Below, piece after piece: positions 28,354 to 37,483 of a DNA stretch of 42,899 nt; positions within the stretch are counted from its first letter, which is position 1, and the number at the start of each line of letters is the position of its first letter. A program made the position numbers and the translations under genes. This DNA comes from Christensenella sp. UBA4651 (lineage in GTDB: Bacteria > Bacillota > Clostridia > Christensenellales > UBA1242), in contig DHMD01000072.1 in NCBI GenBank assembly GCA_002405615.1, forward strand, positions 1 through 42,899, in the 5' to 3' direction. Below the pieces are notes generated by a model that ran no database searches, was not told the origin of the DNA, and worked only from the letters and a program-made list of their open reading frames with translations.

Positions 28354-30747
28354 TTAATATGTTTTCAAAATCAGTTCCAATTTGTTATAAAAATTAGAAT
28401 TTGTGAGGGTTGTTGATGGCTTATTTGTCATTCTGATAAAGTAGTTACCCAGTTCATCATTAATTTGCAAAAGCCCCAACTGCTCAAAGGTCAACAAACA
28501 CGCAACAAATTGAACATAATTAATATCTTTCTGCATTTTTTTTAATTTATTATAATAGTTATAATCATCAAAACCTACAAGACTAGATTTACTCGCCTTT
28601 TTGATAATGTTAAAATAATCACCAAAAACTTTGCGGCTCAAATCAATAAACTTGAACGGAGAGTACACAAAAGGCGTTGAACTAGGCAAATAGATTTTTG
28701 CATTTGTGCAAGAATTGAGATACACAAGGTACGCTTCATCAAGGACGCTGTCGAGCAAAATTATCCTAGAAAAATTATGATAATCATTCTTGATAGCTGG
28801 GCATAAACAAATGGTATTGTACCCACAATTATTGGTCAAGTTTAGATACTCGTAACATACAATATTATATTTCGCAGCATAGTGGTCGCAAAAATCCTTA
28901 TAACTTTTGAGAGTATTCGCAATCACCAAAGTACCATAAAGTTTACCTTGTGATTCATCTAACAACGCACTCAAATTATGCTTGCTATAGGTAGTGTAAT
29001 GAGATAGGACACCATCAGCACGCAACGCCAACTGCTTGATGTATTCCCCACCGACTCTCTCCTCACCTACATTCGGCGCAGAGCAAATCTGCAAATGCTT
29101 GATAATACCCTTGCAACTATCTACCCCTCTAAAAGTGTCAACCCAAAGTTCGACAATACACTCCTTGGTACTGCTCTGACTCAACAAGTTAAAATACTGC
29201 CCACTATTAAAAGCTAGTAAATTCACAGTCGGAGTCTGCACAGTCAAGTGGCTCGAATTACTTTTCATCGGAGTAACATTTGCTTTTTCAAACCTAATCT
29301 TGAAATTCGGCACTGTGTTTTGGCAACCATACGGCTCCAAAACAGACAGTTTCCTGAGCCTCTCGATAGAAATTTCATTAACCTCCATATCAAGGTCATA
29401 CTCACAAAAAGGCTCAAAATACCCATCGCCATACTCTGTCGCAATAATACTCTCAACTTTTGATTTGAACTCTGCGACCTTGTCCTGATGAACGGTCATA
29501 CCAGCCGCCATTACATGACCACCGAAACTGGTAAGTATGTCCTGCATTTGCGACAAAACGCTATGTACATTAATGCCCTCAATACTGCGACACGACCCCT
29601 TATAAAATTCGCCCTCTTTCCCGAGTAAAAATGTAGGCCTCTTGTACTCGTCAGTTATGCGAGCCGCAACAATTCCAAGTATTCCAATGCTCCACTTATC
29701 GCTATATAAAACGATTGCTTTCTTATCCGCCAAATTCATCTTTTTGAGTTGGTTTATACAGTCAACATATACGATATTGCATAAATCTTGCCTCTCCAAA
29801 TTATATTGCAAGAGTTGAGCAACCAAATTTTTTATCTTGTTGCGGTCTTTTTCGATATACAATTTCAAACTGTGATTTGCGTCCCCCATTCGCCCCGAAG
29901 CATTAAGTTTGGGTGCAAGTTTGAAACTAATATCTTGACTGGTAATTTTGTTCCCCAATTTTAACTCTTTGCAAAGTGCTACAATACCGTCAGGGAACGC
30001 TTTGAGAGGAGCATCTAGCCCGTATTTTACAATTACTCTATTTTCATCGACAAGCGGAACAATATCAGAGACTGTCGCAATAGCACAAACAGGCAAATAT
30101 TTTTTCATCGTGTCCTTGTTCGACAGTGCCTCAACCAGTTTGAGAGCCACACCAGCGCCGCATAATTCTCTGAAAGGATAACGTTGATTAGGAATTTTGG
30201 CATCTATAACCAAGCAATCAGGCAAAACCTCAGGACAATCATGGTGGTCAGTTACAATCACATCAATCCCTTTTGACTTGATATACTCAATTTCCTCATA
30301 CCCGCTAATTCCACAATCCACAGTTATGATAAGACTAGGCTCAAATTCATTAATAACATAATTTACTGCATCACGAGTAAGTCCGTATCCGTCAGAATAC
30401 CTATTCGGCAAAAAGGTATTTGCGTTACTCCCGACAGAACGAAAATAGTCTAATAGAATATAACTACTCGTAATTCCGTCTACATCATAGTCGCCAAAAA
30501 TCAAAATACTCTCATTGTCGTTGAGTGCCTTGCGAATCCTTGCGACAACTTTATCCATATCATTAAATAAATATGGGTCGTGCATATCCTCTAATCTAGG
30601 ATTGAGAAACTTGGCAATCTCGACATCATCACAGAACCCTCTTTGCAGTATAATTTCTGCAACATCATTAGACACCCCAAACTTTTTTGAAATGCTCAAA
30701 ACCTGATTTTGGTCATATTGAACTTTGTTAGTTTTCTTAAATTTCAT
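28354..30747 (-). CDS. recJ: Single-stranded-DNA-specific exonuclease RecJ (long Firmicute form)
   Basis: 797 aa. DHH motifs (IFGDYDVDGITS, ITVDCG, VTDHHD), DHHA1 (GGHVMAAG), and a long C-terminal extension. Confidence 0.94.
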   Translation of the reverse strand: MKFKKTNKVQYDQNQVLSISKKFGVSNDVAEIILQRGFCDDVEIAKFLNPRLEDMHDPYLFNDMDKVVARIRKALNDNESILIFGDYDVDGITSSYILLDYFRSVGSNANTFLPNRYSDGYGLTRDAVNYVINEFEPSLIITVDCGISGYEEIEYIKSKGIDVIVTDHHDCPEVLPDCLVIDAKIPNQRYPFRELCGAGVALKLVEALSNKDTMKKYLPVCAIATVSDIVPLVDENRVIVKYGLDAPLKAFPDGIVALCKELKLGNKITSQDISFKLAPKLNASGRMGDANHSLKLYIEKDRNKIKNLVAQLLQYNLERQDLCNIVYVDCINQLKKMNLADKKAIVLYSDKWSIGILGIVAARITDEYKRPTFLLGKEGEFYKGSCRSIEGINVHSVLSQMQDILTSFGGHVMAAGMTVHQDKVAEFKSKVESIIATEYGDGYFEPFCEYDLDMEVNEISIERLRKLSVLEPYGCQNTVPNFKIRFEKANVTPMKSNSSHLTVQTPTVNLLAFNSGQYFNLLSQSSTKECIVELWVDTFRGVDSCKGIIKHLQICSAPNVGEERVGGEYIKQLALRADGVLSHYTTYSKHNLSALLDESQGKLYGTLVIANTLKSYKDFCDHYAAKYNIVCYEYLNLTNNCGYNTICLCPAIKNDYHNFSRIILLDSVLDEAYLVYLNSCTNAKIYLPSSTPFVYSPFKFIDLSRKVFGDYFNIIKKASKSSLVGFDDYNYYNKLKKMQKDINYVQFVACLLTFEQLGLLQINDELGNYFIRMTNKPSTTLTNSNFYNKLELILKTY

Positions 30748-30768
30748 TATTTAACTCTTATCCTTTAC

Positions 30769-30803
30769 AAAAAGCCTCCCGATAAAATTGGGAAGGCTTT
30801 TAT
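30769..30803 (-). terminator. Intrinsic terminator after secF
   Basis: On the - strand: AAGCCUUCCC-aauuuuauc-GGGAGGCUUUUUG (one bulged U). Only ~20 nt separate it from the recJ start. Confidence 0.7.
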
Positions 30804-31835
30804 TTATTCTTCAACAGCAGTCGCAGTAGCATCTACCATTTCTTCTTTTTGAGCGGCTTTTTCAGCCTTTGCTTTTGCTCTCTCTCTAATTCCATGCTTA
30901 GAGTTCTTTGACATCATCAACGCCCACAATGGTGCAGAGATGAAGATTGAAGCATAAGTACCCGCAATCAAACCAATCAAAATTGGAATTACAAATTCTG
31001 ACATTTGCTGTACACCAATCAGAGCCAACATAAAGATTGCCAAAATTGTGGTAATAGATGTGTTGAGCGTCCTGTTGAGAGTTTGCCTGATTGACAAGTC
31101 AGCAATTTGCCTATTTGACAAGTTGTCGAGACTAGGTTTACCCAAATTCTCTCTTACACGATCAAATACAATAATAGTGTTGTTGATTGAGTAACCCAAA
31201 ATTGTAATTACAGCTGCAACAAACGAGCTGTTGATTTCGATACGAAAAATCAATACGAATGCACACATAATAAGCACATCGTGGAACAATGTTATTAGTG
31301 CAGCAACACCACTCAGAAATTCAAATCGAATAGCGATATAAATCAGGATAAATATGAGAGCAATAAACACAGCAAGCAATGCATTAGTTAATAACTCAGC
31401 ACTTGCAGAAGCGCTCTTTGTTTCCGCATTGGTTACTGTATAGTCAGGTAACGCCTCACCTAATGCCGTAACAATAGCAGAGTTTATTTCGGACATATCC
31501 TCAACGCCCGCTTTGTTTTGATATTGTATTGATACTGATTGTTGTCCAGACTCACCTACAATTTGTGCTTGGGAAAGGCTCAGCCCCTGTTCACCCAAAA
31601 TGCGTCTAGAAGTGTCTACAATAGTGTTGTATTCCTCTGTGGAAATTTCAGTTGATGACTTGATATTGAGAACATTACCACCAGTAAAGTCCATGCCGAG
31701 ATTAAATCCACAAGCAAGCAATATTATTGCACCTACCAAAATAATGGTAGCACTAAAAATTACAAAATACTTTGTCCAACGACTAGGAGTAAAATTACGC
31801 TTCATTTCGTCAAAATTTCGTTTACGCAAGTTCAA
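30804..31835 (-). CDS. secF: Protein translocase subunit SecF
   Basis: 343 aa, 6-TM SecD/SecF core (GYSINNTIIVFDRVREN). TTG start 8 nt after GGAGGA. Overlaps the secD 3' end by 14 nt. Confidence 0.93.
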   Translation of the reverse strand: MNLRKRNFDEMKRNFTPSRWTKYFVIFSATIILVGAIILLACGFNLGMDFTGGNVLNIKSSTEISTEEYNTIVDTSRRILGEQGLSLSQAQIVGESGQQSVSIQYQNKAGVEDMSEINSAIVTALGEALPDYTVTNAETKSASASAELLTNALLAVFIALIFILIYIAIRFEFLSGVAALITLFHDVLIMCAFVLIFRIEINSSFVAAVITILGYSINNTIIVFDRVRENLGKPSLDNLSNRQIADLSIRQTLNRTLNTSITTILAIFMLALIGVQQMSEFVIPILIGLIAGTYASIFISAPLWALMMSKNSKHGIRERAKAKAEKAAQKEEMVDATATAVEE

Positions 31836-33129
31836 TTACATCTTCCTCCCTTTTCAAGTTGTATGGTTTGGCTTTGTTGGAGTTCAATGGATAATAGGTT
31901 GACAACAAACCTCTCGTTACAACCAACGCTGTAAACATACTTAATACAGTACCGATGAGCAAAGTTACCGCAAAACCACGGATAGAACCTGTACCCAACA
32001 AAATCAAAATCAATGAAACTACAATAGTAGTGATATTTGAGTCAAGAATAGCAGTCAAAGATTTCTTGAAACCGCTGCGAATTGCCTGATTAATCCTCTT
32101 ACCAGTTGAATACTCCTCCTTGATACGCTCAAAGATGATAATATTACCGTCAATAGCCATACCAATAGATAGAATAATACCAGCGATACCAGCCAAAGTA
32201 AGCTGTACAAATGGCAGCGCCTGCAAGAAGAATAGCATAAGGATAATGTAGAAGCAAAGAGCGATACTCGCCATAACTCCCATCATTCTATAACGCCAAA
32301 TCATAAATGCAAAAATCAACAAAATCGCAATTCCACCAGCAATAAGACCGTACTTTATTGCGTTCACGCCCAAGGTAGCGCTAACAACCGTGTTTTCTAG
32401 TAGCGTGAGCTCTAGCGAGAAAGTACCACTCAAAATCTGAGTAGCAAACTCCTCTGCCTCTTGGAAAGTGCTCATACTACCCGAAATAAAAGTTTTACCA
32501 CCTGCGATAGCCTCATTTACAGTAGGTGCAGAGAACAATTCACCATTACGGTAAATATAAATCTTGTCCCCAGTTTGTTGTTGAGTTAATTTGTAGAAAG
32601 CTTGAGCACCCTCTGCATCAAACTCAATACTAACACCATACTTAAACGAGCCGCTAGATGTCTGTTGTTGCGAAGCATACGCCTTGACAATGTTTTCACC
32701 AGTCAAAACTGCCTCGTTAACATGACCGTCAGAATCCTCCTCCGCCTTGAATTCCAGCGATGCAGGTTGTCCAATTAGGTCAAATACTGTCTCTGGGTCA
32801 GATACATCAGGAACCTCAACTCTGATACGGTTGCCCTGTTGAACAGTAATAACAGCCTCGGTATATTCAGCGGTAATCATCTGAGTGATACGCGTCTTGG
32901 TTGCCAATAATTTTTGGTCAAAATCGCTGTCATCTCCGTCTTTTGCTTTTGCCTCATAGACAGCCATTACGCCGCCCTTGAGGTCAAGTCCCAGCTTGAT
33001 AGAATTAGCGAAACCATTATAAGTATAGTGAGTAAAAGGTATGTCAAAACTAGCAAAAGCCAATACAAAACCTAAAACCAAAAAAATGCCAATAAAAATA
33101 AATCTTTTAATTGCTGTAGGCTTATTCAT
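31822..33129 (-). CDS. secD: Protein translocase subunit SecD
   Basis: Start trimmed to ATG 33129 (AGGAG SD); the longer ORF runs through the promoter. Periplasmic domain LGLDLKGG, TM core GMAIDGNIIIFERIKEE. Confidence 0.93.
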   Translation of the reverse strand: MNKPTAIKRFIFIGIFLVLGFVLAFASFDIPFTHYTYNGFANSIKLGLDLKGGVMAVYEAKAKDGDDSDFDQKLLATKTRITQMITAEYTEAVITVQQGNRIRVEVPDVSDPETVFDLIGQPASLEFKAEEDSDGHVNEAVLTGENIVKAYASQQQTSSGSFKYGVSIEFDAEGAQAFYKLTQQQTGDKIYIYRNGELFSAPTVNEAIAGGKTFISGSMSTFQEAEEFATQILSGTFSLELTLLENTVVSATLGVNAIKYGLIAGGIAILLIFAFMIWRYRMMGVMASIALCFYIILMLFFLQALPFVQLTLAGIAGIILSIGMAIDGNIIIFERIKEEYSTGKRINQAIRSGFKKSLTAILDSNITTIVVSLILILLGTGSIRGFAVTLLIGTVLSMFTALVVTRGLLSTYYPLNSNKAKPYNLKREEDVIELA

Positions 33130-33156
33130 TCTTGAAACTCCTTGTAGATACTTGCT

Positions 33157-33185
33157 ATTATAATATAAAACTGAGGTTAAGTCAA
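33157..33185 (-). promoter_or_regulatory. secDF promoter
   Basis: On the - strand: TTGACT (33180-33185), 17 nt, TATAAT (33157-33162). Confidence 0.6.
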
Positions 33186-33295
33186 TCAAATTTAGGTTTT
33201 TTATCAAATAAATTATAGACAAAATAAAAATTTTTATAATTTAGTGATACCGAGAATTTCAAAAGCATATAATTACAAAAACGGCGGGAGGAAAA

Positions 33296-33697
33296 ATGGC
33301 AAAATCAAAGGAAATTTCAGTCAATACAGAATCAAATAGTTTTTTAGGAGTGCTAAAAGGGACATTTTGGGCAATTTCTGTTTCTCTAATATGCGTATTA
33401 ATATTTGCATTTGTTATCAAATTCACATCAATTAGTGAGAGTTGGATTACCCCTATTAATCAAGGGATAAAAATCGTGAGCATTCTATTTGGCGCATACA
33501 TTATGAGTAAAAAAATCCATTCTAACGGCTGGTTGTGGGGAATAATCTTAGGCTCGGCATATACTCTACTCACATTTTTGTTATTCTCAATACTAAACGG
33601 TAAATTTAACTTTAATATCAGTTTGCTAAACGACCTGATATTTGGAAGTATTATCGGATTAATTTCTGGTATTATAACTTTCGCTACAAGAAAGTAA
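33296..33697 (+). CDS. Small 4-TM membrane protein (YrzE/TIGR04086-like by position)
   Basis: 133 aa with four hydrophobic segments. GGGAGG SD. Lies between yajC and secDF, where yrzE sits in Bacillus. Confidence 0.6.
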   Translation: MAKSKEISVNTESNSFLGVLKGTFWAISVSLICVLIFAFVIKFTSISESWITPINQGIKIVSILFGAYIMSKKIHSNGWLWGIILGSAYTLLTFLLFSILNGKFNFNISLLNDLIFGSIIGLISGIITFATRK

Positions 33698-33722
33698 AAA
33701 GTACTCTAAATCGAGTACTTTT
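33697..33722. terminator. Bidirectional terminator between the membrane protein gene and yajC
   Basis: AAAAGTACTC-taaatc-GAGTACTTTT. Confidence 0.75.
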
Positions 33723-33724
33723 AT

Positions 33725-34246
33725 TTATTCCAAATCTTCTTGTTCAGATTTTTTAGAAGCTTTTTTCTTTTGCTCATCGTTGTCCTCAACCTCGGTCTTC
33801 TCTACCTCATCAGCAGTTGCGACCTCAGCAGGCTCACTATCATCTTGTGATTTAGCCTCAGACTCAATAGCGTTATCATCTTTTGGCTCAATAATCTCGC
33901 CGTTGGCATCACGCACAACGTCTTGCTTCTTGTCCATGCAATAGATAACACTAGTATCAACGGTTACATAACTAACATGCTTGTCATCACCAGTTTCCAA
34001 AGTAACAACTTTGCCATCTGTGGTTTCACGGATTGACACGATAGTTCCATAAATACCGCTGTAAGTCTTGACCTTATCACCAGGTTTGAGGGCGTCAATC
34101 ATAGCAATAGCCTCTTGATTATACTTTTTGCGCTTGATATAACTGAAAATGTACATAACAACCAAAACGACCAAAAGCACAATTAGGATAATCCAAGTAG
34201 AAGCACCACCATTACCACCTTGTGTCTGCAATAAAGTACTCAGCAT
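33725..34246 (-). CDS. yajC: Preprotein translocase subunit YajC with a long acidic C-terminal tail
   Basis: Single TM helix plus LKPGDKVKTYSGIYGTIVSI (YajC core), then a ~90-aa D/E/K-rich extension. Confidence 0.85.
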   Translation of the reverse strand: MLSTLLQTQGGNGGASTWIILIVLLVVLVVMYIFSYIKRKKYNQEAIAMIDALKPGDKVKTYSGIYGTIVSIRETTDGKVVTLETGDDKHVSYVTVDTSVIYCMDKKQDVVRDANGEIIEPKDDNAIESEAKSQDDSEPAEVATADEVEKTEVEDNDEQKKKASKKSEQEDLE

Positions 34247-34302
34247 ACAATCTCCTTTATAGAATATAGTCCTATATTACCATATTTCTCACAAAAAAGC
34301 AA

Positions 34303-35373
34303 TTAATTTTGAGTATTTTCATCAACAAAAGTATCTTTTGCGAAGTCTTGTAACTCTTTTTCACGCTTTTCTGGCAAAATTCTACCAAAATGTTCATAAG
34401 CGAGCGGCATAGCCACCCTACCCTTGCTAGTCCTTGCCACAAAGCCCATTTGAATAAGATAAGGTTCACAAGCCTCCTCAATCGTAGTAGCTTCCTCGCC
34501 AGTAGCCGCCGCCAAAGTATCTAGTCCCACTGGTCCACCGTCAAATTTATCAATAATTGTTGTCAACAACCTCTTGTCAACAGCGTCTAGTCCCAACTCG
34601 TCAACTTCCAAAAGTTTGAGGGCTTTTGCAGCGATTTCTATATCAATTTTTCCAGACCCCATAACATCGGCGTAATCTCGAATACGCTTCAAAAACCTAT
34701 TCGCAATTCTAGGCGTACCACGAGAAGATTTGGCAATCAATAGAGCAGCATCAGGGGTAATGCTTATATTGAGAATCTTGGCAGAACGCAACAATATTTC
34801 GCTCAACTCATTTGGCTCATATAACTCCAAACGCCCCAAAACTCCAAATCTATCACGCAAAGGCCCAGTCAGCATTCCCGCCCTAGTAGTCGCACCAATA
34901 AGAGTAAAAGGTTGAATTTTTAACCTAATACTCTTTGCTGCAGGCCCCTTACCAACCACAAAGTCGAGAGCATAATCCTCCATTGCGGGGTACAGAACCT
35001 CCTCTACCGCTCTACTGAGTCTGTGGATTTCATCAATAAAAAGCACGTCATTTTTACCCAAATTTGTCAAAATCGCAGCCAAATCCGCAGCGTGTTCAAT
35101 AGCAGGTCCACTCGTTACCTTGATTTGAGCGCCCAATTCGTTAGCAATAATATGCGAAAGTGTGGTTTTGCCCAACCCCGGAGGACCAAACAATAGCACG
35201 TGGTCTAGCGCCTCACCTCTCGCTTTTGCCGCCTGAATATAAATAGATAGATTATCCTTAAACTTCTTTTGCCCAACATACTCATTCAATGCAGTTGGAC
35301 GCAAATTATTCTCAATTACCTCATCTATTTCGGACTTGGTACTAGCGATAAATCTTTCATCATCTTCAAACAT
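34303..35373 (-). CDS. ruvB: Holliday junction branch migration ATPase RuvB
   Basis: [12 protein letters not shown], Walker [33 protein letters not shown]. Confidence 0.97.
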   Translation of the reverse strand: MFEDDERFIASTKSEIDEVIENNLRPTALNEYVGQKKFKDNLSIYIQAAKARGEALDHVLLFGPPGLGKTTLSHIIANELGAQIKVTSGPAIEHAADLAAILTNLGKNDVLFIDEIHRLSRAVEEVLYPAMEDYALDFVVGKGPAAKSIRLKIQPFTLIGATTRAGMLTGPLRDRFGVLGRLELYEPNELSEILLRSAKILNISITPDAALLIAKSSRGTPRIANRFLKRIRDYADVMGSGKIDIEIAAKALKLLEVDELGLDAVDKRLLTTIIDKFDGGPVGLDTLAAATGEEATTIEEACEPYLIQMGFVARTSKGRVAMPLAYEHFGRILPEKREKELQDFAKDTFVDENTQN

Positions 35374-35376
35374 ATA

Positions 35377-35973
35377 TTATTTCCCCAATTCTCTAAACGC
35401 TTTTGCAAGCAAAGACTCCATATCGTCAGTTGTTTCGTAAACTTTATTTAATATGTCCTGCGCATGCACACGAGGAACACCCCAATCAATCAAAACATTG
35501 AGTGTCGCCGCATACGCCTCACTCTCGTTTGCCTGCATTTCTGTCAACGAAACATCAGCAAGGTGCGACAATGCGTCCATCTTCTCTTTGAGTTCTAGCA
35601 AAATACGCTCTCTAATTTTAGTCCCGACACCCTTGATATTTTTTAGCACCGCACCATTCTGTGTAGCAATAGCGAAACTCAAATCTTCTGCCGAAACGCC
35701 ACTCAAAATATTGATAGCCATCTTAGGACCTACGCCATTTACAAGGAGCAATTTGCCGAAAACCTCTTTCTCAAATTTATCATAAAAGCCATACAAGCTC
35801 ATCTCGTCCTCACGCACATTTAGATATGTCTGTATGGTAACCATCTCCCCGATTGCACCAATTCTATCTAGGCAGAATTTGCTCACATTCAGTTCAAACC
35901 CGACACCATTACAATCAATATACAACATATTCATCGCCTTATCAGCAATTACACCTTTTATAAAACTAATCAT
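35377..35973 (-). CDS. ruvA: Holliday junction DNA helicase subunit RuvA
   Basis: MISFIKG... N-terminus and HhH region LLLVNGVGPKMAINIL. ATG 35973 overlaps the ruvC stop (ATGA). Confidence 0.92.
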   Translation of the reverse strand: MISFIKGVIADKAMNMLYIDCNGVGFELNVSKFCLDRIGAIGEMVTIQTYLNVREDEMSLYGFYDKFEKEVFGKLLLVNGVGPKMAINILSGVSAEDLSFAIATQNGAVLKNIKGVGTKIRERILLELKEKMDALSHLADVSLTEMQANESEAYAATLNVLIDWGVPRVHAQDILNKVYETTDDMESLLAKAFRELGK

Positions 35974-36464
35974 TTTGCATTCCTCGCTCTCATTATTTGA
36001 TTTGTCTGTGAATGGCACAGCGCAATCGCCACCGCATCGGCAGCGTCATCAGGCCTCGGCACTTTCTGTAAGTGCAGCAAAGTCTTGACCATAAATTGCA
36101 TCTGCGACTTGTCCGCTCTACCCGTACCAGTCAACGCTAACTTTATATCTTGCGGAGTATACTCGTAAATTGGCAACTTATGTTGCTGAAACGCCAACAG
36201 AATAATGCCTCTCGCCTCCGCAACCTTGATACCAGTCGTAATATTATTATTAAAATACAACTCTTCTATTGCGACCTCATCGGGAGAAAAAGTCTCAATA
36301 ATCTTGTTCATACTGTGATAAATTACCTCCAAACGCTCGTTAAACTGCATTTCCTTTGGAGTGGTAATCACACCGTAATCTATAACTTGCAAACCCGAAT
36401 TACTCTTATCAATTACCCCGAATCCAATAATCCCAAAACCAGGGTCAATACCTAAAATACGCAA
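35970..36464 (-). CDS. ruvC: Crossover junction endodeoxyribonuclease RuvC
   Basis: (L/M)RILGIDPGFG N-terminus, EELYFNNN, DAADAVAIALCH. The TTG start at 36464 follows AAGGAGG by 5 nt. The upstream ATG 36506 lies inside the promoter spacer. Confidence 0.9.
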   Translation of the reverse strand: MRILGIDPGFGIIGFGVIDKSNSGLQVIDYGVITTPKEMQFNERLEVIYHSMNKIIETFSPDEVAIEELYFNNNITTGIKVAEARGIILLAFQQHKLPIYEYTPQDIKLALTGTGRADKSQMQFMVKTLLHLQKVPRPDDAADAVAIALCHSQTNQIMRARNAK

Positions 36465-36485
36465 AGCAGCCTCCTTGTTTTCTCT

Positions 36486-36514
36486 ATAATAGCACAAAAA
36501 TCGCATTTTGTAAA
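36486..36514 (-). promoter_or_regulatory. ruvCAB promoter
   Basis: On the - strand: TTTACA (36509-36514), 17 nt, TATTAT (36486-36491). Confidence 0.6.
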
Positions 36515-36520
36515 ACGAAT

Positions 36521-36538
36521 TTAGAACATTTGCAACAA
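36521..36538 (+). promoter_or_regulatory. Candidate operator TTAGAACATTTGCAACAA just upstream of the ruvC -35
   Basis: Same TTAGAACAT...YAACAA word as at the recA promoter. Lies 7 nt from the -35 hexamer. Confidence 0.35.
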
Positions 36539-36574
36539 TTTTTGAAAAATTTTTATTTTTTTGTAAAGAAATGC

Positions 36575-36603
36575 TTGACTTTTGTAAACCACAACTGTAT
36601 ATA
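36575..36603 (+). promoter_or_regulatory. Promoter of the ABC/YtrA operon
   Basis: TTGACT (36575-36580), 17 nt, TATATA (36598-36603). Confidence 0.55.
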
Positions 36604-36614
36604 TTATATATACA
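36596..36614. promoter_or_regulatory. 19-bp perfect palindrome TGTATATAT-T-ATATATACA (candidate YtrA/GntR operator)
   Basis: 9-bp arms around a single central T. Overlaps the -10 of the operon that encodes the GntR regulator. Confidence 0.5.
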
Positions 36615-36634
36615 CAGTTAAAGGAGTACAAAAA

Positions 36635-37483
36635 ATGCTGAAGGTTACTAACCTAAACAAGACCTACCCCAGCTTCAAACTAAAAGACGTTTCCTTTGAA
36701 ATTCCTGTTGGCTACATCACGGGATTCTTGGGAATGAATGGCGCAGGTAAAACCACTACAATAAAATCAATTCTAAATATCATCCACCCAGATAGCGGCA
36801 AAGTCGAATTTGACGGACTGGATATGGAACATAACGAATTGGAAATCAAGCAAAATATCGGCTTTATGTTGGGAGCGTTTGACTACTTCCCCAAAAACGT
36901 CATATCCGATATAACCAAAATTTACAGTAGTTTTTATCCAAATTGGAATCAAGGCGAATACGATAAATTAATCAAGAAATTCAAAATTGACGAAAAAAAG
37001 AAAATTAACGAACTGTCTGCTGGTATGAAGGTAAAATACGGACTGGCGCTCGCACTATCACACCACGCAAAAATTCTGCTGCTAGACGAGCCAACTAGCG
37101 GACTGGACCCGATTGCCCGAGATGAACTCCTAGATATTTTCCGTGAAATTATCCAAGACGGAGAAACAGGCATACTATTCTCCACTCACATAACATCCGA
37201 CCTCGATAAATGCGCTGATTATGTTCTTATGCTAAAAAATGGCGAGGTTATTGCGAACGCAACCAAGGACGAACTCATCGACAATCACGCCCTAATTTCG
37301 GGCAAAATGGAGGATTTGACTCCCGACCTAGAAAATAGAGCAATCAATATCAAGAAAAATCGTTTTGGTTTCACAGGTTTGATTAACAGAGAAAAACTAT
37401 CCCCTAGCGATAGAGTAGAAATCGAAAAACCAAACCTCGAAGATATAATGGTATACTACAATTTGGAGGCAGAAAATGACTAA
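36635..37483 (+). CDS. ABC transporter ATP-binding protein
   Basis: Walker A GMNGAGKTT, signature LSAGMK, Walker B LLLDEPTSGLD, H-loop STH. ATG 36635 with AAGGAG SD. Confidence 0.93.
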   Translation: MLKVTNLNKTYPSFKLKDVSFEIPVGYITGFLGMNGAGKTTTIKSILNIIHPDSGKVEFDGLDMEHNELEIKQNIGFMLGAFDYFPKNVISDITKIYSSFYPNWNQGEYDKLIKKFKIDEKKKINELSAGMKVKYGLALALSHHAKILLLDEPTSGLDPIARDELLDIFREIIQDGETGILFSTHITSDLDKCADYVLMLKNGEVIANATKDELIDNHALISGKMEDLTPDLENRAINIKKNRFGFTGLINREKLSPSDRVEIEKPNLEDIMVYYNLEAEND

